The notes below the pieces were generated by a model. That model did no database searches, had not been told where the DNA came from, and saw nothing but the letters and a program-made list of their open reading frames with translations. Positions 8,987-16,115 of a stretch of 28,155 nt of DNA are shown in pieces. Origin of the DNA: Laspinema palackyanum D2b (GTDB lineage Bacteria; Cyanobacteriota; Cyanobacteriia; Cyanobacteriales; Laspinemataceae). A program made the translations under genes and the position numbers. The stretch lies in the NCBI RefSeq assembly GCF_025370835.1, contig NZ_JAMXFE010000013.1; one strand, written 5' to 3'. How positions within the stretch are numbered: position 1 is the stretch's first letter; every line of letters starts with the position of its first letter.

Positions 8987-10342
8987 ATGCGTCAACTTTT
9001 ATTAAAGGTGTCAATTGGGATGCTCGTCCTCATCTTGAGTGCGTGTGGTGGTGAACCGGAGACTCCGGAAGTCGTCGCCCCCGTCGAGCCATCTCCCCCA
9101 GCAGCGGAGACTCCACCGGAGTCCCCAGAAGCCGGAGAACAACCCGAATCCCCGGAATTTGAAAAACCTCTGGTGCCTCAGCGCCCGGATCCCACATCCA
9201 TTGGGAATTTAATTCCGCCAACCAGTCCAGATGAGCGAGTCCGGCAACTGGACCAGCAAAGGGCCCGACAGGCTCAGGAAAATCCCTTCGGGATCCTCGA
9301 TGTCCAGCCGGTGCCGGTCACTCCTGCACCGGGCGCAGCACCAGCAACTCCTAGAGTTCCGGAATTTCCAGGCCGTGCGGTTCCTGGTCTTCCGGAATTG
9401 CCGGTGGCGATCGGTCCACAATTACCCCCAGGTCAAGCAGTCGCCCAAGCTCAACCCTTTCAACCCTTCCCAGGACCAGGAGCAGGACCAGGAGCAGGAG
9501 CAGGACCAGGAGCAGGACCCGGAGCAGGACCAGGAGCAGGACCAGGACCAGGAGCAGGACCAGGAGCAGGCCGAGGAAATGGAACGGGACCGGGAGCCAG
9601 ACCGGGACCAGGGGGAGGGACTGGAAATGGAACGGGCCCGGGAGCCAGACCCGGAACGCCCGGTCCTCAAGGACCACAAATTCCCGACCTGGTTGGTCAA
9701 GGGGTTCCCTCCCTTCCCGATTTGCCGTTGGGAATTGGCCCAGAACAGCTACCTCCCAGACCGCGACCCCCCGCACAACAAGCGGCGGCGGGTCCACCGG
9801 CTCCCCCTCAACCCCCAACGCTTCCACCTTTAGTGGCGCGAGGGGTCCCAGGTCTTCCGGAACTGCCCCTGGGAATTGGTCCAGAACAACTGCCTCCGGT
9901 GGTCGCCCAGGCCCCTGCGGGTCCCCCTGCTCCGCCATCCCTTCCGCCTTTAGTGGCGCGAGGGGTCCCAGGTCTTCCGGAACTGCCCGTGGGAATTGGT
10001 CCAGAACAGCTTCCCCCTCCACCCCCACCGCCGGTTCCACCACCGCCACCTTCTACGGATTTAGCCCAAGGCACGGAAGTGACCGGGGTGATTCGAGCGG
10101 GGGGTCAAGTGCAAATTATTGTTAAGGCTCCCAATGAGGCCACTTCGCGCTATGTGAAGGTAGGCGATCGCATTGCTCTAGGGGAAGTGCTGGTTAAAGA
10201 GGTGCAAAATTTAGATTCCGCTGACCCGATTGTGATTTTGGAGCAAAATGGCGTTGAGGTCAGTAAAGCTCTGGGAGAACAAGTACCCCCAGAGGCTACT
10301 CCGGGTGGGGTTAACTTGGCTAATGCGGCTTTAGGACGTTAG
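8987..10342 (+). CDS. Proline-rich repetitive lipoprotein (451 aa) with a ~90-aa C-terminal beta domain, possibly PilP/GspC-HR-like.
   Basis: The N-terminus MRQLLLKVSIGMLVLILSACGG carries lipobox LSA-C. It has a (GPGAGA)n tract and four copies of GVPGLPELP(L/V)GIGPEQLPP. The C-terminus reads TGVIRAGGQVQIIVKAPNEATSRYVKVGDRIALGEVLVKEV...VILEQNGVEV. Confidence 0.7.
   Translation: MRQLLLKVSIGMLVLILSACGGEPETPEVVAPVEPSPPAAETPPESPEAGEQPESPEFEKPLVPQRPDPTSIGNLIPPTSPDERVRQLDQQRARQAQENPFGILDVQPVPVTPAPGAAPATPRVPEFPGRAVPGLPELPVAIGPQLPPGQAVAQAQPFQPFPGPGAGPGAGAGPGAGPGAGPGAGPGPGAGPGAGRGNGTGPGARPGPGGGTGNGTGPGARPGTPGPQGPQIPDLVGQGVPSLPDLPLGIGPEQLPPRPRPPAQQAAAGPPAPPQPPTLPPLVARGVPGLPELPLGIGPEQLPPVVAQAPAGPPAPPSLPPLVARGVPGLPELPVGIGPEQLPPPPPPPVPPPPPSTDLAQGTEVTGVIRAGGQVQIIVKAPNEATSRYVKVGDRIALGEVLVKEVQNLDSADPIVILEQNGVEVSKALGEQVPPEATPGGVNLANAALGR
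9470..9660 (+). repeat. In-frame hexa/dodecanucleotide simple repeat (CCAGGAGCAGGA)n, followed by two ~48-bp repeats. It encodes GPGAGA and GNGTGPGARPG tracts.
   Basis: Direct inspection of the sequence. Every unit is a multiple of 3 nt. Confidence 0.8.
9821..10020 (+). repeat. Near-identical 120-bp tandem duplication inside the proline-rich gene.
   Basis: 9821-9900 and 9941-10020 are about 90% identical. Both encode LPPLVARGVPGLPELP(L/V)GIGPEQLPP. Confidence 0.8.
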
Positions 10343-10558
10343 CGGGGTTGTCAACGAAATCTCCCTAACCCGGGGGCAGAGATTGCCAGCTCGGGATTTA
10401 CGAGGCAATGGCACTCGGTTGTTCTGATCGCGGTCATGCCTAAAATCATGAACGCGATCGCCTCATTCTTTGGGGTGAATCTACCCAATTGCAGAAGAAC
10501 GTTTCGGTTTCCAAAACTTAGAATTAGATAATAACCATGCACATAGGAGAACGTTAGG

Positions 10559-11293
10559 ATGATTACTGACTCTCTCAAAAAGATCGGAATGACGATGTTC
10601 GTCGTCTGTGTGATGCAGATTGCCAGTTCAATCGGGCCTATATCAAGCTCAAGCGCACAAGAAGAGGGCGAGGAGTATGTCCCTCCTTTTTGCACCGGAG
10701 ACGCTTCCGCTGGCCCAGTTAAGTGCAATTACAACAATGGGGATAACTACATTGGATCGTTTTCCAATGGCGTTCCCAACGGTAGAGGCATCTATGTATA
10801 TGCCAATGGCGATCGCTATGAAGGACTCTTTAGCGGGGGTCGTCCCAACGGAGAGGGAACCTTCATCTTTGCCGATGATGCCCGCTACGAAGGTACATTT
10901 GAAAATGGCAATATTGTGAGGGGGAAAGCTATTTTTACCGATGGATCCCGCTATGAAGGGCCTTTCCGCCTCGTTCAAGATCTCGGTAGCGGTGATATTA
11001 GCTCTCAACCTGCTGGACAAGGGCAATTTGTCTTCAGCAATGGCGATCGCTATGTGGGAGAATTCTTTGCCGGACAACCCTTTGGTCAGGGAAGCCTCAA
11101 CCGCGTGGATGGAACCCGCTGTCAAGGCCGGTTTTTTAACGAAAACTTGGACGCGAATGGGAGTTGTACCTTCCCCAATGGCACTCGGTATGAGGGCGAA
11201 TTACGTCAAGGTCTTCCCCACGGTCAAGGTGTCCTGATTGATAGCGCTGGCAGACGCTTCCCCGGACAGTTTCGCGAAGGCAAACGGATTTAA
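10559..11293 (+). CDS. Secreted MORN-repeat protein, 244 aa (mature start may be the ATG near 10589).
   Basis: It has a signal-peptide-like MTMFVVCVMQIASSIGPISSSSAQ. At least seven YxGxFxxGxxxGxG MORN units follow, for example DNYIGSFSNGVPNGRG, DRYEGLFSGGRPNGEG and ARYEGTFENGNIVRGK. Confidence 0.7.
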   Translation: MITDSLKKIGMTMFVVCVMQIASSIGPISSSSAQEEGEEYVPPFCTGDASAGPVKCNYNNGDNYIGSFSNGVPNGRGIYVYANGDRYEGLFSGGRPNGEGTFIFADDARYEGTFENGNIVRGKAIFTDGSRYEGPFRLVQDLGSGDISSQPAGQGQFVFSNGDRYVGEFFAGQPFGQGSLNRVDGTRCQGRFFNENLDANGSCTFPNGTRYEGELRQGLPHGQGVLIDSAGRRFPGQFREGKRI

Positions 11294-11374
11294 TTGGACC
11301 GCTCATCGGCCCGATTCTCCCGCAGGGAAATTCAATCGGCGCGATCGCCTCTTAAAACTAGAGCATTAATACCG

Positions 11375-11403
11375 AAAACCCCAAGCGATCGCCTGGGGTT
11401 TTC
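11375..11403. terminator. Bidirectional intrinsic terminator between two convergent genes. The stem is built on a HIP1 site.
   Basis: AAAACCCCAAGCGATCGCCTGGGGTTTT has an A-run, a GC stem and a T-run, so it is symmetric. It lies between the MORN gene (+, end 11293) and the 103-aa gene (-, end 11460). Confidence 0.65.
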
Positions 11404-11459
11404 TTGTTTCTAGCTCCTATCATTCTGTAACTGGTTCCTTTGGTGACTCTCAATCCACC

Positions 11460-11771
11460 CTAAATAACATTGCCCATTCTGCTGTTTAATTGAGCAATAA
11501 ATTCTTTGAACTCTTGCTCCCGACTGTGACCTAAATCAGTTTCTAACCACTTCTGAACCGACTCCTGGACTTGTTTAATTCGAGTGTGTCCCGAACGATA
11601 TTCATCAATCGCTTGGACCAATTCGCGATCGGATAAATTTTCCACCAAGGTGTTCAGATACGCTGCCGCAATCTGGGCCACTTCAGCTTCGGTTGCAGGG
11701 CCATCGGTCCCCTGGGTTTGATGTAATCTCATCGCGAGGCGATTTAAGGCGTCATAAGCTTGCTTGTTCAT
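11460..11771 (-). CDS. Hypothetical alpha-helical protein, 103 aa.
   Basis: It is a clean ORF with an ATG start. It is divergent from the 12054 gene, and a terminator lies downstream. No family was recognised. Confidence 0.5.
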   Translation of the reverse strand: MNKQAYDALNRLAMRLHQTQGTDGPATEAEVAQIAAAYLNTLVENLSDRELVQAIDEYRSGHTRIKQVQESVQKWLETDLGHSREQEFKEFIAQLNSRMGNVI

Positions 11772-12053
11772 TGTCCCATCTCCAATTGTCTATATGCTAT
11801 GGATTGAATCCCTCAGTCTGGGGTCACTCTCCCTGGGTCTTGCCCTGGAGCAATATCCCAAAGTGATTGTGCTGTAAACGTTTTGCCTAGATTACAGTCC
11901 TCAAATTCTCCAAAACGGTTGATCTTTACCCTACCTGTAGGGGAAGGCTGAGATATTCCCCCGCTAGATATGGGGGTGGAAAACTTAAAGGTTTTCTTAA
12001 TCCTGCTGGAATCCTTTTAGGCTATATTCTAATCGTATATACTGATTGGAGAA

Positions 12054-12614
12054 ATGTCAATGTTTGATGACAAAAAACAATTTCACCCCGGTCAGAAGGT
12101 CGTCTGTCGCACGGACCCCCAACAGTCCGACTGGTATGAGTGTCAGGTTTTAGAGATTGCGGAGGTCTGTGAAACCGATGAAGAGTGCTACATTAGGACC
12201 ACCTGCAACCGAGTTTTAGGGACGGGAGAGATAGAGGCAGTTGGGTCACCGAGTAAGCGAGGGCATCACCCGAACTCCAAGGCGAATTTGAAGAAAGGGC
12301 CCAAGAGTCGCAAAAAAAACCGAGTCCGTAAGTTGTTTTCCCTGGCCCCGGAAACGGTGGAATGGTTGCAAGACCAACCGATTCCAGCATCCCAGGCGAT
12401 CGATAAGTTGGTGGAACTGGCCCTGGCAACCTCGGCGAGTTGTACAGAACTGCCCCAGGTGGGGTCTAAGGTGGAAATTTTAGAGGGTCCCAAAGCAGGT
12501 CGGATGGGACGGGTCCGCAAAGTAGGGGTCCAGGTGTGGATTGAGGAACTCCCTGGCGATCGCCCGGTGGAACTGTTACCCTCTTATCCTCCTTCGAGTT
12601 TGAAAGAATGTTAG
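12054..12614 (+). CDS. Hypothetical protein of 186 aa. It has a basic patch followed by a possible ribbon-helix-helix core (RKLFSLAPETVEWL...ASQAIDKLVELAL), flanked by two small KOW/Tudor-like beta segments.
   Basis: ORF with an ATG start. The motif reading is inference from the amino-acid pattern only. Confidence 0.5.
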   Translation: MSMFDDKKQFHPGQKVVCRTDPQQSDWYECQVLEIAEVCETDEECYIRTTCNRVLGTGEIEAVGSPSKRGHHPNSKANLKKGPKSRKKNRVRKLFSLAPETVEWLQDQPIPASQAIDKLVELALATSASCTELPQVGSKVEILEGPKAGRMGRVRKVGVQVWIEELPGDRPVELLPSYPPSSLKEC

Positions 12615-12632
12615 AAGATGATTGGGGTCCCC

Positions 12633-12904
12633 GTTTGTAGTAACGCCTTCAGGCGTTCTTAATTCAAGGGGATAACGAATGAATTCGTTACTACGAACAG
12701 GGGGGGATTTTGTATTCCAAGTTTGTAGTAACGACTTCAGTCGTTCTTAATTTACGGGGATAACGAATGAATTCGTTACTACGAACTCAGGTAATTTCCC
12801 CGTTTGTAGTAACGACTTTAGTCGTTCTTAATTCACGGAGAATAACGAATGAATTCGTTACTACGAACAGGAAGAAGATAACGCCTGAAGGCGTTACTAC
12901 GAAC
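12633..12904. mobile_element. Tandem array of three 66-bp MITE-like units, at 12633-12698, 12721-12786 and 12802-12868, plus an inverted solo end at 12880-12904. The terminal inverted repeats are GTTTGTAGTAAC/GTTACTAC(G/A)AAC. Each unit carries two AACGNN-TGAA/TTCA-NNCGTT hairpins.
   Basis: Direct repeats are visible with 22- and 15-nt spacers. The unit ends are reverse complements of each other. The array fills the convergent intergenic gap between the 12054 gene and the oxidoreductase. Confidence 0.8.
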
Positions 12905-12915
12905 TTTTTCTTTGT

Positions 12916-14076
12916 TTAACTGCGGGCTAGATAGTCATCCAAATTGGGGACCGTGACCCAGGTGCCGGTTTCGTGGGATTCGTGGGTGAGGTCCATGAGG
13001 AGTTGAGAATAGACACCCTCGCGTAAGGAAGGGGCGATCGCCTGTTTTGCTTCAATCCCTCGGACCCAATTATCCACCACGCGAATAAAGGGGGCAATGC
13101 GTCCGTCTGGGTAGGTTTTAGAAAACTCCAGACCGTTGGGAATCGTCAATTCTGATAACGATTCCCCTGCCGGTGCACCCAACAATTTAAACCCATGTAC
13201 ATAATCTTTCTGATTGTCACTGCCGAGGACTAAGGTGCCGCGATCGCCATACACTTCCACCCAATGTCCTCGTCCTTGGTAAGTTGCTGAACTCAAACTC
13301 ACTTGGATGGGAGTTCCATCAACCAATTCCAACATCAGCAAACAAGTATCATCCGCATCCACAGGTTTCAGTTGTCCCCCTGCTTTGGGATCCGGACGTT
13401 CGGTGACTGCGGTACTCAGGGAGGCACACAAGCGTTTGACTGGTCCAAATAACCAGGAAATATAATCAAAACAATGAGACCCGATCGCCCCTAAAGCACC
13501 ACCGCCTTGTTGTTTTTGAGAGTACCAATTCCAAGGCCGACTCGCATCAGCGCGAGAGGAGACTAACCAATCAATTTTAATTAAACGGTTTTGTCCAGAG
13601 TATCCATCATCTAACAATTCTTTAAACCTTTGCCATGCTGGAACAAAACGAAATTCAAAATCCATTGCGGTGACCACACCGTTAGCATTAGCAATTCGAT
13701 AGAGTTCTTTTGCTTCCGATGCCGATAGAGTGGTGGGTTTTTCCAGTAATAAATGCTTGCCCGCTTCTAACAAAGGTTTTGCCATTTCATAATGTAAGAA
13801 AGGGGGGGTAGACAGACTCACGGCCTGAACTTCGGGCATTTTGGCGATATCGGCGATCGCATCGGTTGCCAAGGGGATATGATGAGTCGCTGCGATCGCC
13901 TCCGCCTGATCAATATCCCGATGATAAACGGCGATCGGTTCAGTCTGCGGATATTCTTTCAATCCCGGAATATGCACTTTCTGTCCAAACCCCGTCCCCA
14001 CAATAGCAACACCAATCGGTCCCGGTGCATAATTAGGCCCCGTAGGATAAGAGGAGGCAGTTGATAAGTTGGTCAT
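12916..14076 (-). CDS. Gfo/Idh/MocA-family NAD(P)-dependent oxidoreductase, 386 aa.
   Basis: It has an N-terminal Rossmann motif IGVAIVGTGFGQKVHIPGL. The downstream EKP segment (LLLEKPTTLSASEAKEL) and overall pattern fit the family. Confidence 0.85.
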   Translation of the reverse strand: MTNLSTASSYPTGPNYAPGPIGVAIVGTGFGQKVHIPGLKEYPQTEPIAVYHRDIDQAEAIAATHHIPLATDAIADIAKMPEVQAVSLSTPPFLHYEMAKPLLEAGKHLLLEKPTTLSASEAKELYRIANANGVVTAMDFEFRFVPAWQRFKELLDDGYSGQNRLIKIDWLVSSRADASRPWNWYSQKQQGGGALGAIGSHCFDYISWLFGPVKRLCASLSTAVTERPDPKAGGQLKPVDADDTCLLMLELVDGTPIQVSLSSATYQGRGHWVEVYGDRGTLVLGSDNQKDYVHGFKLLGAPAGESLSELTIPNGLEFSKTYPDGRIAPFIRVVDNWVRGIEAKQAIAPSLREGVYSQLLMDLTHESHETGTWVTVPNLDDYLARS

Positions 14077-14132
14077 TTGTTGTTTGTCCTTTGTTGTTGG
14101 TCATTGGTGAGGAGACGAATGATGGGAGAGGG

Positions 14133-14189
14133 AACGACTGAAGTCGTTACTACGAACATAAGAGAACGACTGAAGTCGTTACTACAAAC
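14133..14189. repeat. Two solo hairpin-plus-TIR fragments, AACGACTGAAGTCGTTACTAC(G/A)AAC, at 14133-14157 and 14165-14189. They belong to the same MITE family as 12633..12904.
   Basis: The sequence is identical to the MITE right end. They sit in the oxidoreductase 5' region, about 60 nt upstream of its ATG. Confidence 0.75.
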
Positions 14190-14241
14190 ATCTCCCCCAT
14201 CCTCCCCATCTCCCCCATCCTCCCCATCTCCCAATTCTCCC
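14190..14241 (-). repeat. G-run simple repeat on the minus strand (GGGGAGATGGGGGAGGATGG...), with G-quadruplex potential. It lies in the oxidoreductase 5' UTR/promoter, just 3' of gshB.
   Basis: There are five or more runs of 4-5 G separated by 4-5 nt on the minus strand (CATCTCCCC/CATCCTCCCC on the plus strand). Confidence 0.6.
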
Positions 14242-15219
14242 CTATCTCTGCGCTACAAAACTCTCCACCCAGTCAATCACTTGATGCCCTAGGCGTTCAT
14301 CATTGGGAAGGTATTTATCAATTTCCCGAATCCCTGTGGGACTGGTGACATTGACTTCGGTTAAATAGCCTCCAATCACATCTAGGCCGACGAAATAGAG
14401 GCCATCTTCTCGGAGTTTCGGACCGACTTCAGCGCAGATTTGTCGTTCGCGATCGGTGATTTCTGTTTTGACGGCGAGACCGCCGACGGCCATATTCCCG
14501 CGAAATTCACTCCCGCTGGGAACCCGATTGACTGCGCCGATGGGTTCGCCATTGAGGAGGATAATGCGTTTATCTCCTTGTTTGGCTTCCGGGAGATAGG
14601 TTTGGACCATCACGGGTTCTTTGCCTTGTTTGGTACTAATTTCAATCAGGGAATTGAAGTTTTTATCTTCGGGGTCTAGGAATAAAATGCCTTCCCCAGC
14701 TTTTCCCCCTAATGGTTTGAGAACCGCTGCGCCTTTTCGGTCTAAAAAATCGCGAATAACGGCTTTACTTTGACTGACGATGGTTTCAGGAATGACCGAG
14801 GTAAATTGGAGGGCATACATTTTTTCATTGGCCGATCGCAGTCCGTTTGGGGAGTTGACGACGAGGGTTTTATCGGGGTCGATGTAATCGAGAATGTAGG
14901 TGGCGTAAAGATAGGGAATGGTAACGGGAGGGTCGGTTCGCATGAAGACGACATCCATTGCTTCGAGAGGATGGGAACCGTCCGGTTGGATTTGGTACCA
15001 GGGGTTTGCCGCTATCCAGCGATCGCCTGCGCGTTCGATGGGTTTGAGGGTCACTCGGTCGAGAATTGCCCAAGCTTTGCCATTCACGACGCTGAGTTGA
15101 TGCGCCTCAGTTATCCAAACCTCATGTCCTTTCGCTTGGGCGGATTCCATCAGCGCGACGCTGGTATCGTGGGTGGGATCTAGTTTTTGGATCGGATCGA
15201 TGATGAAGGCAAATTTCAC
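14242..15219 (-). CDS. gshB: Glutathione synthetase (prokaryotic ATP-grasp GshB), 325 aa.
   Basis: The N-terminus MKFAFIIDPIQKLDPTHDTS and the ATP-grasp motifs are visible. The length matches bacterial GshB. Confidence 0.9.
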   Translation of the reverse strand: MKFAFIIDPIQKLDPTHDTSVALMESAQAKGHEVWITEAHQLSVVNGKAWAILDRVTLKPIERAGDRWIAANPWYQIQPDGSHPLEAMDVVFMRTDPPVTIPYLYATYILDYIDPDKTLVVNSPNGLRSANEKMYALQFTSVIPETIVSQSKAVIRDFLDRKGAAVLKPLGGKAGEGILFLDPEDKNFNSLIEISTKQGKEPVMVQTYLPEAKQGDKRIILLNGEPIGAVNRVPSGSEFRGNMAVGGLAVKTEITDRERQICAEVGPKLREDGLYFVGLDVIGGYLTEVNVTSPTGIREIDKYLPNDERLGHQVIDWVESFVAQR

Positions 15220-15287
15220 GTTTACTTCCCTTGTGAATGGTTCCCTGGGTGGAGTTTTACCTATCTTATTTAAGCGCTAAATGGGAC

Positions 15288-15325
15288 AAAAAAGCGATCG
15301 CCCCTGGGAGGCGATCGCTTTTTTT
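15288..15325. terminator. Perfect bidirectional intrinsic terminator: A6-GCGATCGCC-loop-GCGATCGC-T7.
   Basis: AAAAAAGCGATCGCCCCTGGGAGGCGATCGCTTTTTTT lies between grxC and gshB. Confidence 0.75.
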
Positions 15326-15475
15326 GAGTGCTATTTCTGCCCCAATCCTCCTAGAGAATGGATGCTGCTGTCCATCTTAGGGACAAGAAAGCGGGGTTTG
15401 GGCCCCCATTTAGGGGCTTCTGTACAGAAAGGGGGGAAAAGAACCCGGTTGTGTTCCCTTTGCGGTACCTCTGGA

Positions 15476-15745
15476 CTAAACCGACTCCGGTTGCAGGAGG
15501 GGATCTAACTGATTGTTTGCATCGAGGGCGTGCAAATCGTCGCATCCCCCGATATGGCGATCGTTAATAAAAATCTGAGGCACAGATCGACGCCCATTGG
15601 CACGGGTTGCCATCTGATCCCTGGCGTCTTCATCTCCATCGATGCAGTATTCCGCATACTCTACACCTTTGCGATCTAACAGCGCTTTCGCCCGCCGACA
15701 GAAGGGACAACTACTCCAGGTGTAGATTTCTACGTTAGGTTTCAT
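15476..15745 (-). CDS. grxC: Glutaredoxin 3 (dithiol, CPFC active site), 89 aa from the internal ATG.
   Basis: MKPNVEIYTWSSCPFCRRAKALLDRKGVEY...VPQIFINDRHIGGCDDL is a canonical Grx. The longer track ORF adds 13 non-conserved residues. Confidence 0.85.
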   Translation of the reverse strand: MKPNVEIYTWSSCPFCRRAKALLDRKGVEYAEYCIDGDEDARDQMATRANGRRSVPQIFINDRHIGGCDDLHALDANNQLDPLLQPESV

Positions 15746-15990
15746 AATAGGTTCACAGGTCTGAGCAATCGAATATTTATTCAATTGTAACGGGACTGCT
15801 CACCTGTGTTAGTTTTCTGACTCGGACTGATTGTTAATTAGGGATTCAATCTGCCAAAACTTATCTCAAGAGGACCCCCTTTACGGGGTTCATCCCACCC
15901 CTTGTTGATCCAAATCCCCTATTTAATTGATTAATAACTAAAAAGAAATTGAAAGGAAATTTAATTAAAATTAACGGACTGGGGAGATTT

Positions 15991-16020
15991 AGAGAAAAAA
16001 CTCCCCTCGTCGTAGGGGAG
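15991..16020 (-). terminator. Rho-independent terminator of the PEP-CTERM gene. The minus strand reads CTCCCC-TACGACGA-GGGGAG-TTTTTTCTCT.
   Basis: A stem followed by a U-run, about 100 nt downstream of the stop at 16116. An alternative overlapping hairpin (GGGGAG...CTCCCC) is also present. Confidence 0.6.
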
Positions 16021-16115
16021 CGCAAAAGCACCCAGATTGAAATTTATAGAGCTTCAAACAGCTCCCCTTATTCACAATTAATGTATTTCTTCATCAGAAC
16101 TCATGATTCTCGGGT

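Noticed and set aside
9351-10074. ORFs of 232 aa and 88 aa on the minus strand, plus the 200-aa +2 frame ORF (9231..9833), inside the proline-rich gene.
   Set aside because: They are artefacts of GC-rich, stop-free repetitive DNA. Their translations are low-complexity (poly-L/V, GSCSWSC repeats). Only the +1 frame has a lipoprotein signal peptide and a coherent C-terminal domain.
10649-11125. 158-aa minus-strand ORF overlapping the MORN gene.
   Set aside because: Antisense to the MORN repeats, whose glycine codons create stop-free complementary frames. The MORN frame carries the conserved motifs and the signal peptide.
12633-12904. Possible CRISPR array: direct repeats separated by short unique spacers.
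   Set aside because: The repeats are 66 bp with internal hairpin pairs and terminal inverted repeats. The spacers are only 15-22 nt and there are three units. No cas genes, leader or uniform spacer length are present. The same termini occur as solo copies elsewhere, so this is a MITE array, not CRISPR.
14770-15183. 137-aa plus-strand ORF inside gshB.
   Set aside because: Antisense to a gene with a canonical GshB sequence.
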